A stretch of 64,000 nt of DNA from Octopus vulgaris. Its lineage: Eukaryota. The position numbers and the translations under genes are program-made. Where the stretch lies: the NCBI GenBank assembly GCA_951406725.2, contig OX597832.1, positions 8,618,001 to 8,682,000 of the forward strand. The letters run 5' to 3'. Numbering within the stretch: the stretch's first letter is position 1; the number at the start of each line of letters is the position of its first letter. Under the pieces are notes generated by a model. That model saw only the letters and a list, made by a program, of their open reading frames with translations, had not been told where the DNA came from and made no database searches. Of this stretch, positions 1-13,607 are shown piece after piece.

Positions 1-299
1 AATAAAAATATACATATACTCACCTTTGATTTCTATTTTTTTCCTGTTTGCATTAACATAACTTTTCTTCGTGTCTACATAATGATGAACTCTATCGGCA
101 GAGTTCATCAAAATGAACTCTACTCTGATGCCACCATGGGAAGTAGCATATATAAAAATAAATATACGCATAACATGATACCGTAAGTAATTAGCACACA
201 TGTATGCTCTTGTGTAATCCTCTGCGTTTGATGTATTGAGTCAGCCTCTGCTGACTAATGTTTCTGATGAATTTACACCATACATGCAATTACACATTT

Positions 300-613
300 T
301 GTAGTCTATTATTGTGAAAATTTCACCTACTGTGGCTACAAGAGTATACATGAATACACTTAGAGATATACATATATAACCCACCCACACCCACACACAT
401 CAAGATATATAATGTTAGATAGTAAATCGTATGGTATACACCTGGTAGCGTACGACAAAGAATACCCACATTCACAGTGTTCGTTGAGTATTCGATGAAT
501 GAGAGATAGGAAATGAAAGCATAATGGTGTAGTCTATTATTGTGAAAATTTCACCTACTGTGGCTAAAATGATTATACATGAATACACTTAGACATGATA
601 CATAGTATAACCC
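300..613. repeat. Direct duplication of ~85 bp (300-381 and 528-613)
   Basis: TGTAGTCTATTATTGTGAAAATTTCACCTACTGTGGCTA...ATACATGAATACACTTAGA...ATAACCC occurs twice with few differences. Confidence 0.9.
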
Positions 614-819
614 TTAAGAAGGAAACATCAGTTATATAATGAGAAGCCAAGAAATATCACATGATGAGACGTATCTACACTGTACAGAACTGTGTAATTC
701 GCAGTATAGTCTCCCATCCACGAAGTAGCGATGCAAGATGTGCCGAAACGGTCGTTGTGATAAATAAAGTTTCCAGTATATTCTATCTTCCGTATCAATT
801 CCTTCTAATTTATATAAAA

Positions 820-857
820 CTGTCTGATGAACGGCAACGGGAAACTCAGAGTAACAG
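820..857 (+). ncRNA. Minimal type I hammerhead ribozyme motif (PLE-type)
   Basis: CTGT-CTGATGA(824-830)-A-CG GCAA CG-G-GAAA(841-844)-CTC A GA-GTA(851-853)-ACAG. Stem I is CTGT/ACAG and stem III is the palindromic ACTC/GAGT. Stem II is short and imperfect. Confidence 0.7.
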
Positions 858-963
858 ATTTTATTGAATGAATTTTCTGCTGCTTTAAATAAAGCATATT
901 ACTCTACCACTGGTATTTGAGTACTCTTTTTTCCACCTTGTTTCACATTTATGTTTACTCCGG

Positions 964-1037
<74 letters not shown>

Positions 1038-4000
1038 ATGAATGTATATATATATATATATATACGTGTGTGTGTGTGTTTCATTTTGGTGCTGCGATAC
1101 GAATAACCTGATGATATAACTCAATATGCATATGCTTCAGTATAAAGTATTAGCCTAGTAGTACTGTGTGTAATAAGAAATAAAATAAAATAAACGACGC
1201 CGTAACAGGAATATATATGATGAACATCATTAGCTCTCAGCTGTTTCCGCTATAAGATGCAATACATTCATAGCTGGTTGCTTGTTAGGAACCTTATACA
1301 TAATCACGTTCATTAGTTATAATTTCTTGTTCCCTTGTTTGTATTTAAATATGTATATACATACATATATATGTGTGTAGATAGGCAAATATGTATATAA
1401 TTATACGTCTACATATATACATACATACACGCGTACATACATAAATATATACTTATGTGTCCGTTTATAAATGGGATAATGTGCGAGCAATGATACCAAT
1501 CAGATAAATGGTAATATACGTAATTTATAGAAATTTCACCGAGAAAAAAACAGGAAATATGTTGTTTATTACCCACTATAAAATGATTATGGCATCATTT
1601 CAAGACAGTAAGAATAACTTTCTTAAGACATTTGCTTGTTCGTATAAAATAAAATGGCAAACACAAAGCCAAACGCAAAACTGACTATTTTTGGGAGGGA
1701 ACAATTACAGAGGATTGTTTCTATCTGACTGTATTAATTGAAGTATAGCAGTGTTCTGCACATGAATAACAGTTAAGAAAAAAGAGAAAAAAACCCACAA
1801 ATATGAAGAGACTAACGCATATTTTGGCAAACGATATTTCACGTAATTAAAAGGCAAAAAGAAAGAGAAAAATGTTTAGTAAGCACCTCAGGTGGTTCAA
1901 TGGCATTAGCTGAATAATTAATTTGAAGCGCGATGAATTCAATATTCCGTACAGTAAATCCTTAATTTATCGAAATTTCTTGCTGAGATAAAATATAAAA
2001 CCTAATGGAGAGATAATTTGAAGAAATCGAATATGAATTTCTAGAATTCATTCTCGTGCTTGGAAGATATACAGCTCCCTCTTTGTTTATATCAAAGTAA
2101 TAGAATGTATGAGCGCCCATCATTTTTATCTCATCGTTTTAGCAACCGGATCGAGGTTGCAAATGGAAACGTATTTTGTACACAATTGCAACAAAAAATA
2201 TACCTGTAAGATTATTTGTTATAATCTGCATAATCTGAATTAAAATGAGTAAAGGATAGTATGTAAATTATGCAATTAAATGATTATTTTAATGATTATG
2301 CACTCGTGAAATCATCCTGAATATACAATACTGAATCTGTATAATTTCTGAGGCACAAACACCAATTGGAGAGCATGCCAATGCAGATGCACGGAGTAGA
2401 CAGTGTAACGCAATACAATAGTTCTCTTCTAAACCTAGGTTTTTTCCCATTTATCTGTTATCTAGCAAAACGAATTAGCTTTGAGGAGAAGGGTTCTGTC
2501 GTTAATGACATTACATTTGGTAGAAATAGAGATGAGAGAAAATCATCGCAGGGGAAAGAGAGGCGCTAAATCTGAAGATGAAAACGATTAAAAATTCATA
2601 GAAATATAAAACCTAATGAAAACGAAGTAAACAAAGTAATCTCATGAATATAGCAACAAATGCATTTTGAATGGCACACAAGAAAATATCTGTATCAATA
2701 AAAATGTAGGAGAAATATCTACAGAGGAATATTACTTGAAGCCCTGGAGCTATTCATCGTGTAATTTCATTTTGTTTTTGAGTTAATACATCCTTTTTTA
2801 TTGTGAAAATTATCTGAAAATGCTAAAGAGGAAAAAAGTTGTAAAAAAAGTATCGACACCTAAATAAATTTCTAATGTAATGAACAAAGGCGTTATTTAA
2901 CCTCAAGGAGTGTTTTAAATTTGAAATGAGCTTCTACAAATCTTTACAGTTCAGTTAATTAATTCATTATCCTTTCAATAAAAGCGGCAACGATTTGGGG
3001 GCACAATGCAGGATGTGACAGTTTATTCAGGTGCATGTTTCAATAAGCTAACTCGCAACAAAATCTCAGAATTTTAAACATGTTATAGATAATAGGTTAT
3101 ATGGTGTTAGTTTTAAGAAAATACGTTTGAATCTAGTATTAATTACCTTACTGCATTTATAGTATAGGTTTTATAATCGTTAATTTAGATTCCACTAGCA
3201 TTGGCATTGTTTTCTATTTCCTTAGTGACGGTATGTACCATTGACATAATGGAGTTCATTGAAATACACGCGGAGTTTCCATTCTTTACTGCTTTCTAGT
3301 TAAATGAATAATTCAAATATGCATAAGATATATGGTGTCGGGTATGCTGCAGTAGTTAAAAATTTGTATAGTTTTTTCGCATCTAGTTAACTTTCTAAAT
3401 TAAAATGTTCTCAGTGATAACTAGAATTTTTCATCCTTCAGCATAGAGGTGATAATTGTTAGTTATACGTCGGATTTTAATAAAAATTTTGGCTTTTATA
3501 ACAAGTTAGAATCATCAGCGAATGTCAAAGAGCTGTAACTGCTTCGTGGCATTTAGTTATTCCTTTTTGGCAGGAAAAAGTTTGAATCCTCCTATTTTTT
3601 AAGCCAATAAGTCTGCAATATAAATATCAGCATTATACTGCAATTAGTTCATTAGATCAAACAGTTATCACTATACGGTGACCAAGCTACCGTGTTAAAA
3701 GCATTAATATTTTGATATGTCAACAGATGTGAGGAAACAATAACATAATATCTATGAAATCAGAAGAGTTAAATCAATCGCTATTTAATCAGAAATAAGG
3801 TATGCAGGAAAAGGTGATGGCATTTAGCGTTGCTTCATTATCACATATACCAGTATGGTGTTCGACCAGCATAATCAGAAAACTATAGTATCCCATAATT
3901 CGAAGCGCTATAAATCTGTAAATCATGCTCCAGTTTTGGATTAATTTTACGCAACGTAATTTTCACAATTTCTTTCTATTTGCATTTAACACATGTGCAT

Positions 4001-4041
4001 GATTCGCGTCTCGGAAGAATCAAAACTTTCACAAAAATATA

Positions 4042-5168
4042 CAGGGGTTGGATAAAATAATTGGAACACATGTTAAATCCAAAAATAAATATCAATTTAA
4101 TATGGAGTTGGTCCTCCTTTAGCTTTCTAAACAGCTCCGATTCATCTAGGAACAGATTCATGCAGATCCATGGCTTCATTGAGAGGAAGTTTGAGCAATT
4201 CTTCCTGCAACACCTGCTCTTGCTGTTGCAGACACGACGGTGGAGTGTAGTGAATTCAGACTTGTCGCTCCAAGATGCACCACAGATGCTCAACAATATT
4301 GAGATCTGGAGATTGAGGGCAGGATGGAGAGCACTCCATGTGTTGTAGCTCACTACTATGCTCTTCACACAAATTCTTAACCACATGAGAGGTGTGTATT
4401 GGAGCATAGCCATCTTGGAAGCTGCACTCACCATCAGGGAAGAATGTCTAGACCATAGGAGTATTTTCCAAAATACTCAGATCAACATTGCTGTTGATTC
4501 TACTATGCAGGGCAACGATTGGATCAAGAGAATTCCAACAAATAGCTTCCCAAACTATAACAGACCCACCTTCGTGCTTCACTGTAGGAAGATGGCAGTC
4601 AGGATTAAAAGCTTCCCCAGGCTGCCTGCACACATAGCTTTGCTCTACAGTGGGCCAAAGTGAAAATATAGACTCATCGGAGAATATTACTTGCTTCCAT
4701 TGCTCCTGTGATCTCTCTACACCAGTTCAGCCTTTTCTGAATGTTTTGATGAGAAAGTAGAGGTTTCCATGATATCCGGCATTATTGAGCTCACGGCTAG
4801 TCAGATTTTAATTCAACTCTACAGTCACATTAGGGACAGTTGTCTGGATATTTTTGTCACAATGCGATCTAGCACTCATCGGTATTTTTCCTGCTGGCGG
4901 TTTTGCCCTGCTTCACAAATTTAATCACGGTCCTTGATATGGTAGCTCTCGAAAAACCAAGAGGTTCAGCTGTTCTGGTGACGGACGCTCATTCGAGGTC
5001 ACACATCTGAAAAAGAGATAGAAACAATCATTAGACTAGATAAATGAAACCATCTACGATACAAAAGAAAAAAGCACAATGAAATTTGGATGGATATTTG
5101 TAATATACTGTCTCATTGAAATACTGGAGTAAAATTTCTACTGTTCCAATTACCTTGTTCAACTCCAG
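4042..5168 (-). mobile_element. Tc1-family DNA transposon, degenerate and internally deleted
   Basis: TA flanks at 4040-41 and 5169-70. Imperfect TIRs CAGGGGTTGGATAAAATAATTGGAACA vs reverse complement CTGGAGTTGAACAAGGTAATTGGAACA. Minus-strand peptides PTVKHEGGSVIVWEAI, FQD-AA--H and W-A--P-LN-I-I match Tc1 transposase motifs. Confidence 0.85.
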
Positions 5169-5299
5169 TATATATATATATAGAAAGAGGTCATTAGAAT
5201 TTTGGAAAAAATCTTTTTTTATTTTTTCATTATCATTATTCTGACGACCTTTTCCTCAATATTCAATTTCTGTACACCACAACCAACACTCTATACATA

Positions 5300-8170
5300 T
5301 CTCCTTGAATGTGCAAGACACCAGAATGAATGGATCACAACCAAACAAAAATACAGAAGCACTTCTCAGAGAAATATATAAGAAGTTGAATTTACTTATC
5401 TCAAGACTTGACAAAATCTTCAGCAATGCAGATAAAACTGTGAATGATACCTATACACAAGGTGCTCTAACAACAGTGACAAACAAGAAAATAGTAAGGA
5501 TTAGTGTACAACAAAATAACTTAAAACTGCTTCTCTTGAAGAAACTTCTTTATCAACGGAAACATCCATATTGGAAAAGCATTTGATGAAACAATATAGC
5601 CAACACCTACCAGAATTGGTGAAGCAAAGAAAAGCTAATCGTGCCCAGAAAATTTCTTATTAAAGAAATAAGAAGGGAATCGCTAAAAGAGACAACGGTA
5701 CGTGGGAATTCAGCTTTACGCCGACTAGAAGCAGAAATCGCTTTTCTGCAATCACGAAAAATACGAGTTGAAGAGAAAGCTGGAACAGTTGATGCAGCTA
5801 TGTTTGCTGAAATCACTGAGCGGAGTGACAAGCAATGACATGAATAGCTGCAAATCTATGGAAAGATGACGCAAAGCAGGGAAGAAGAAAAATCCACAAA
5901 AATGTGGGAAAAACAACAGTGGTTCACTGACTATGAAAAAGAAAATATAGAGAAATATCCATTATGAAAACGAAACCACAGCAACAAAAATACGAGGAAA
6001 GTGAAAACAAACAAACACACCAACCCCGGAAGAACCGGACTAAATTATCAAACCTCTTATTATTCAAGAGAACAGGCGGAAATGATCTCCATTTCACCCC
6101 AATTACAGACTAGAAATTCATATTCTACAATACGTAAAACTGCAAATATTCAACACATGAAATATAGAAGACAACCATTAAAGCATAATTTCAACTTATT
6201 GACTTCTTCAGCAATAAGGATTTAAATAATGAATCAATTGTCAGAATTAAATCCCACTCCCAACTGCAAAGGAAAGTATAAATATTTAGATGCGTATATA
6301 GAAATGATTTCAAAATTTTCCCTCAATACCCACAGATATAAAAAAAAAACATCTGTGAAGAAAAAAAGTCTTACAAACACTGATGAATGAAAACTCAATC
6401 ATCCTAAAAGAATCCAATAAGGGAGGGGGTGATATTAACCATGGACAAGGACTATTATAAATATAAATTATTGGAAATATTAACAAACCAAACTTATTAT
6501 AAGAAAGAAACAAGACATTCAGAATAAAAAATAATGAATAAAATCAGAAGACTAATCAATGAATTCCAAGATTCCTTCACAAACAAGGAGAAATATTATA
6601 TATGCAACTCTGTAACCAAAGAGAGCAATTTCTACGGATTACACAAAATCTACAAAAGCTCCGAAATACAAAGTGCTACAAATAATCAGAAGAACCACTA
6701 CGTAAAAAAAACTAAGACCAACAGTTGCTTAGACCAATTGTTGCTGCACCTCAACACCAACACAAAAACTAAGTCATCTTTAATATATATTCCTAAAACC
6801 TTTGTGCCATTTAATACCAAGTTAGGTACGGGATGCATAGATTTCATACAACACATCCCTCACACTGTCGCAGAAGTTACTATACTTACAAGTTTTGATT
6901 TACCCAGTCGCTATATTAATATACCTCAAATTTTAGGCCACGAAGCAATCAAACACTGGGTAGACATTTTCCTCAAGACTACACGCCTAGTACTAGAAGA
7001 AAATACCTTTAGATTCGACAATAAGACATATCGACCGTTTAAGGACACGTTTCAGGGGACGCGGTTTGCGCGCTCTTATATTCAAACTTAGTTATAGGAT
7101 AGTTGGATGGAAAAACATTTGATCAGTTGTTCAAGAAATATATCATTAACAAGTGGATGATAGCTTCCTCTTCTGGGACTGATCGAATGAAGATCTAAAT
7201 ATATTTAGCAATATACTGAACACACTCATCCATCCATCAAATTCACGACAAAATCCAGTTCCGATGAATTACCATTCCTCGATATCCGCATAAAAATACA
7301 GATCTCCACAGTCGCAACAGACATATTTTACCCATAATCTGAAACACACCAATATTTAAATTTCTATTCTTGCCATTCATCACACATCAAAGAAACATCA
7401 CATACGGCATGACAAGACGCATCTTTGCTATAGGTACTTCCCCCAAATACATGAAATCCGACTCAACGAACTCAAAAGCCTCCTCACAATGAAGAAATAC
7501 CCCTTAGGATTAATTAATGAGGGAATTAAAAAGGCGATGAAACTGAACATTACCCTACGGACACGTAAGGAAAACACGATTCCGTTCGTCAGCACACACA
7601 CTGCTAGAATGGCCAACATCTTTCCCGCCATAAAATCGAACTTACCTATACTCCTACATATCAGCAAAATGAAAAATCTGATTAAAGAAAAATCTTACGG
7701 AATAGTAGACGCCAACCCAAAAAACTTGAAAACACCTTACAAGAGTAGAATTCAAATCAGAGAATCAAACAGAATTTTTAGTAAAAGAACGTGGAAACAG
7801 GAGATGTGGTACATGCAACAACAACTTTAAATATGTAGAAAGTGGCTCCCACATAAAATTCAAGAGCGGATCCCTATTCAAAATAAATGCAGATATTGAA
7901 CAGCAAAACACAAAAACTCAGATTCTGCATTCCCTGCACAAATTGGACAGAAAATTACTTTGGCGAAACAAATTATTCCTTCTGCCAACGTGCAGGAATC
8001 TACAGGAAACATATCCGACAAGACGAATTACGCAAGATTCCGTTAAGTAAGCATCTGCAAATATGCAGCGACGGAATTTTTTTCCATTTTGTAAATGTGC
8101 ACGGGACGATCCGCAATGCCAAAAAGCAACGGAACTACATTTTATTAAAAAATTCTATCCAAAATTGAAT
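5300..8170 (+). mobile_element. Penelope-like retroelement (RT + GIY-YIG), frameshifted pseudogene
   Basis: RT motifs NFYGLHKIYK, ILTSFDLPSRYINIP, LEENTFRFDNKTY..GTRFARSY, LPFLDI and QYLNFYSCH. Then KKYP and IPFVSTH, a CGTC linker, and a GIY-YIG-like CIPC..YFGETN..R..H. Confidence 0.85.
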
Positions 8171-8184
8171 GTTTGAAAGAAAAG

Positions 8185-8505
8185 GGGAGACGGTACAATT
8201 TGTATTCTAAATATAGCTGAAATATCGGAAACATAATGATCCATGGCCTCCATTATCCAGGAGCAAAATCCTTTTAACAGGTTCTATAAGACTGGAATCT
8301 TGGAATATGCGCATAAAAATCAGTTGTATGGGATACATGTGGCACGATTACAATTTTGTTGGGTATGTAAAGAGGGAAATGAGCCTCATCTGCAATTTTG
8401 ATCAAATTCGAAACATAGGTATTCCAGTTCATTACTGAAAATATAACAGAAAAGTCTAATTCTTTAATTGCATGTAACACGGGCAACACCGGGTAACGCT
8501 GCTAG
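8185..8505 (+). mobile_element. Non-autonomous Helitron-like 3' end (5' boundary uncertain)
   Basis: GC-rich hairpin-like CACGGGCAACACCGGG, then TAACGCTG-CTAG(8502-8505)-T. Closely similar to the termini at 23299 and 24131. Confidence 0.55.
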
Positions 8506-8519
8506 TATATGTACTATAC

Positions 8520-8578
<59 letters not shown>

Positions 8579-8602
8579 TGTGTATGTATATATATATGTA
8601 TG

Positions 8603-8667
<65 letters not shown>

Positions 8668-9031
8668 ATATATATTTGTCTGTGTGTGTGTATGTTTCTG
8701 CTTACTTCTACAGTTATATTTGAATATATTCAGGTGGTATTAAGTATATTGAGAAACAACAGTATAATTAAATGCTGTGCATAATATCAATATAAGAAGG
8801 ATAACGTTTATTTAATATTTATAGTATGTGCGTACATATATCAAAACATACACTGAGAGAGATACACACACTTACATAAATACACGCATGTAAAGACGCA
8901 TTTAGCTCATGATAAAAACTCAAGATAAAGTAAACTACTAAATTTGTTACACCCTACCCTCTGCTGAATTATAGAACTGAACAAGATTAGAAGTAATGAA
9001 AGTAGCATATTTTAATAAAATACTTAATTTA

Positions 9032-9247
9032 ATACTAAAAGCTGTTATTGCAAAATTAATGAACATATATGCAAGAATATATGCACAAACATGTACACAC
9101 CTAAGCACATTTATAATATATAGTACAGCACACACTCACACGTGATTGTGCTATACGATATATTATAAATGTGCTTAGGTGTGTGCATGTTTGTGTATGT
9201 ATGTTTGCATATATGTTCATTAATTTTGCAATAACTGCTTTCAGTAT
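9032..9247. repeat. Fold-back inverted repeat, ~90-bp arms (9032-9121 / 9158-9247)
   Basis: The arms are reverse complements with a few mismatches. The loop also pairs (GTACAGCACA/TGTGCTATAC). Confidence 0.9.
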
Positions 9248-9966
9248 ACACGTATATATGTGTGCGTGTGAGTGTGTGCGTGTTTATGTGTCTGTGTGTG
9301 TCTGTATTGGTGTATAGTATGTATAATATATAGATTATATAAAACAGAAAACTGAAAAAAAACACATTGGTATTTCTCATTCCCCATTACACATGTTTAA
9401 TGACTGACAGCAATTCCAATATATTTTTAATTCTTAGTATAAGAAATTAGTGGTTAGAGGTGGCATATATTTTTACTACAGGCATACCTTTGTAAATCTT
9501 ATTAATAATGAGACCTAAATAACAGAGGGTAAATAATGCCCCAAAATTTACCCAGGTTCCTGCTTCGATATATAATTAATCTACAGAAATTATTTTCCTT
9601 TATGGCACTATTCTCCACATTATAACCCTATATACATATATGTAATCATAAGATCAAAGGATCTAGGTGTCGGAAGTTTATAAGCTACGAGCCGGTAGGT
9701 ATAAAAACAACGTTCAAAAACAATAATAATATTTTTTGTCAACGTTTCTAGATTTTTCCAATATCGAAGTTCGATAAGCTGAAAATATTTTTTATACCTC
9801 GCGATTAGCAAATTGGGTTGCTAAGAATGTGAATAACAATCCAAATTGTCGGAGGGGATTAGATAAAATCCAGGCTACATAAGGGTCTTAGGCAGAATAT
9901 CCTCTGATATAATAATTACGCAACGCGAGGAACTCAGATAGCTAGGTACTCATCGATCATAATATA

Positions 9967-11268
9967 CGAGGGACGTTCAATAAGTAATGCTCATGACCCA
10001 CTTGCATTTGGTTGATCTAGCTGAAATTTTGCATGTGCAATTATTTATATCCCTATAGATTAGGTAGCAAATTACAGCTCTGAACTCGTTGTGGTTTCTG
10101 ATTTACAGTTGTTTGAACTGAGTCAGGTGTGAAATGGAGCCTGTTGAGTGTCGAGCAGTGATCCGTTTTTTGTATTTGAAAGGACGCACACCATGGGAGT
10201 CTTTTGATGAAATGAAAGTAACTTATGGTGATGATGCCCCATCATATGACATTGTAAAACGCTGGCATCGTGAATTCAAACATGGTCGGAACTCTGTGGA
10301 AACAGTTCCCAGATCTGGTCGCCCCCCCCCCTTCTGCCATTGATGAGGCATCTGTCCGTCAAGTTGAGGCTGCCATTTTGGAAGATCTACGCATAACTGT
10401 TTGCCAAATAGCCCATGAGGTCAAGATTAGTACCGGGTCTGTGGAGACTATCATATCATGACCATTTACATATGCAAAAGGTGTCTGCCAGATGGATACC
10501 CAGGTTGCTCACACCTTTCAGGAGCAAGAACGCGTCGAGTGCTCGAGGATGAATTTGGAGATGTGCCAAGAAGATGAGTCAAATTTTTTCAAAATACTGA
10601 TTACACAGGATGAAACCTGGGTCCATCACTATGATCCAGAGACCAAAGCCCAGTCAATGCAGTGGAAGCACCATGACTCACCTCCTCTAAAGAAGGCATG
10701 GGTGCAGCCCTCTGCTGGCAAGGTCATGCTCACAGTCTTCTGGGACCTGGACGGAGTAGTGACGACAGATTTCCTGGCAAAGGGTACCACAATTACAGGA
10801 GCCTATTTCCTATTTGAGGAAATTTCCTATTTGAGGAAATTAAGAGAAGCTATCAAAATCAAGAGGCGGGGCAAGATCAGCAAAGGCATCCTCCTCCTGC
10901 ATGACAACGCTCCGGTCCACAACTCGGGTGTCGCCAGATCAGAAGCACAGGCGTGCGGCTATGATCTCCTCCCCCCAACCCCCTACTCTTCTGACCTTGA
11001 ACCTTCTGATTTTCAACTCTTCCCAGCCATGAAGTTGTTTTTGAAAGGAAAGCGTTTCCCAGATGATGCAGCCTTGCTTTCTGAAGTCACGTCGTGGTTG
11101 GAGGACCAAGCTGGGGTCTTCTACAAAAACGGTCCCCAGAGCTGCATCAAACGATGAGAGAAATGCGTAACTCTGAGTGATTCCTATGTAGAAAAAGTCT
11201 GTGCTAAGTTTCGTTGCTCTACTGCTATGGAAAGTGGGCCAGGGGCATTACTTATTGAACTCCCCTCG
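9967..11268 (+). mobile_element. Full-length mariner (DD34D) transposon, ~1.3 kb, with TA target duplication
   Basis: TA|CGAGGGACGTTCAATAAGTAATGC...GCATTACTTATTGAACTCCCCTCG|TA. Confidence 0.95.
10134..11157 (+). pseudogene. Mariner transposase, frameshifted
   Basis: HTH region MEPVECRAVIRFL..., catalytic TQDETWVHHYDPE, HDNAPVH and PYSSDLEPSDF. Split across ORFs 10134, 10270 and 10492, with a poly-C frameshift at ~10322 and a premature TGA at 11155. Confidence 0.9.
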
Positions 11269-11270
11269 TA

Positions 11271-11790
11271 TCTTAATTGTATGAAGAAGATTAGATTGTC
11301 GTTGATGAATCCCAAGTGATTTCAGCGAATATATAATTTGAAATGAATGGTGAAGCCGAAGGAAGAGACTAAAAGAGAAACAAATGAGAAACAAACTAAA
11401 AACAAATGTTTTAAAAAATAAAATGGTCCGTAAGAAAAGTGAATGAAGAGGGCAAATATTTGGCTGTGGGGAATGGTCTAATGTTCTTAAGAATAAAGAA
11501 AAATGAGAGGGGGAAGGAAGAGGTATACAGTGTAGATGTACGTTGATTTTTTTGGAGGGAAAGTCCTTTTGAATATTAAGTTTTAGGGACTTTAATATGT
11601 CAGCTGTAAAGAGGTACTTTGGTACATCCATGCGTAATCATTTATGCAGACTTAACAAAAAAAAATTTTGATGAAATGATGAAGAGTAAGAAGAAAAGAA
11701 AACGAACAGGTAAAATACTTAGGGGTGAAAGTTGTTAGGAAAGAAGAAGAGAGGGAAGGAAAAGAGCAAGATAGGAAAAGAAAGCTTTAG
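11271..11790 (-). mobile_element. Highly decayed Penelope-like RT remnant, probably continuing at 9530-9960 on the other side of the mariner
   Basis: Minus-strand YLFTADILKSL resembles the PLE RT 'F-T-D-V-SLY' motif. An RGY-like motif lies near 9900. Weak. Confidence 0.35.
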
Positions 11791-13553
11791 ACTTAAGTAA
11801 GACCGCAGTGGTCAGAGTTAAAGTTGGTTGCGTACTACATCACATTAAATACACATGCATGTTCTCACACCCGAACACGCATACACACACTGCGCGTCCA
11901 AATAGGCATGCACGTAAGCGTGCGCCCTATCAATTTCTGTGTCCATATTATAAGTATTTTCTGTTTCGAGAGAGTCGCCCTAGCTTTTTTGGTGTGGTTA
12001 TAGATACTGGTGTCGTTGTGCTTGATATTATCAGTCCAAAATAGTGCACATGTATATATCCGCACAAATACATCCATCAATACATATACCCACTCACACA
12101 TTTATCTTTACATTAATAAATGCACGCAACCACACATATGAATATGTTTGAATGTGAGTACATTTTATGTTTTGATATATATACGCACATACTATACATA
12201 TTAAATAAACGTTATCCTTCTAATATTCATATTATGCACAGCATATAATCAATTTATATTTTTAATGTCAAAAAACGTATTTTGCTAGATGTTCGTGAAT
12301 ATACTTATGAAATACATGTTTGGCATGAATTATGAGAAACAAAGGGGAATAATTCACGTGTGCCTATGCAATGAGTATGATGGTAAACATTAGGTGTGAT
12401 ATAGACGTTGAAATACAAAAATGTTAACTAATTGATTTTTATAATTCCTAAATGAAGAAAGAATATATTAAGTTACTGACAATATACGCTTTCTACTTAA
12501 AACCTCCTAATCAAAAGGAGAAATAACTTCAGTCAATTAAATGAATTTCGTTCAAAGCAGACGATTAGAGGAGGACTTGGCATTTCTGCACATGCAATGG
12601 ACTCTTATTTTGCTCCATTACTTTATCAGTACAGTAAAATCTAATAATCCTTTCAGAAGTGTTGAGAGTTTGGTAACTTTTTTTTACGAATAATTTGGTT
12701 AGAATAATTTTGTATAATAACATAAACGGAGTCAATTGAAGGGAATATAACGGGCAGGTGGTTTAAGTTTAAATGATTAAATTAAGATGTTCTGATACCT
12801 ATGAGAATCATTCTATTTTGATGAAAAATTTTTCTCTGCGTGTGTTACTCTGGTCGCAAAAAGTTTTGATGAATGTCTATGTAAATAGCAGATTGAGAGA
12901 CAAGGCATCAGAGCCATGAAAGAAGTGACTGAACGGAACAACTAAAAATTTGAGTATTGATGGCACCGTCTGCATTAGGGTCTTAGTTCATTTCGTAAGA
13001 AACTATGAGAAAACCATTCACCTCTCTTATAACAATAGAAACGCATTCTCCACTACACGTGTGGAAGAGATAGCAGGTCATCTGCAACCTATATTTTCAT
13101 TTTATGGGATTACAACAGAGTATTATAAATGTCAGCAACAAAATTTCAGCTGTGCATTTGCTAGTATAATTTCTTTGCCCACTTGGTCATTTCTAACTTG
13201 CATTTGATTTGTCCAGCAATGTAGTCACTCCACACCAAGAAAGCTTCCATAGTTTTCATAGATTTCAACAATAAATATACCAACCCCTGCTTAAATTAAC
13301 GTCATAGTCGTCACCATCATCACCGCTGATAAATACCAACTATTTCATGCTCTCTTTCTTGTATTGTTTTCTGGTTTACTACTTTATTCTAATTCACTAA
13401 GCGTGACTAAAATTTTAGATCAGCAGTAACATCGCATCTTTTCGTAAGGCTATTTATTGGATGAGAATGTATATATGTGTATGCATAGATATTTTTATGC
13501 ATGTGTGAGCGTCTGCGTCTGTATGTATAATGAGAAGCATAAATTGATGAATG

Positions 13554-13607
<54 letters not shown>

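Larger units (their letters stand above)
8772..12244. repeat. Pair of 79-bp inverted repeats (8772-8850 and 12166-12244)
   Basis: ATGCTGTGCATAATAT...TATCAAAACATA and its reverse complement, 4 mismatches counted by eye. Confidence 0.9.

Noticed and set aside
3976-4663. 152-, 95- and 101-aa ORFs
   Set aside because: Off-frame or antisense readings of the decayed Tc1 transposase.
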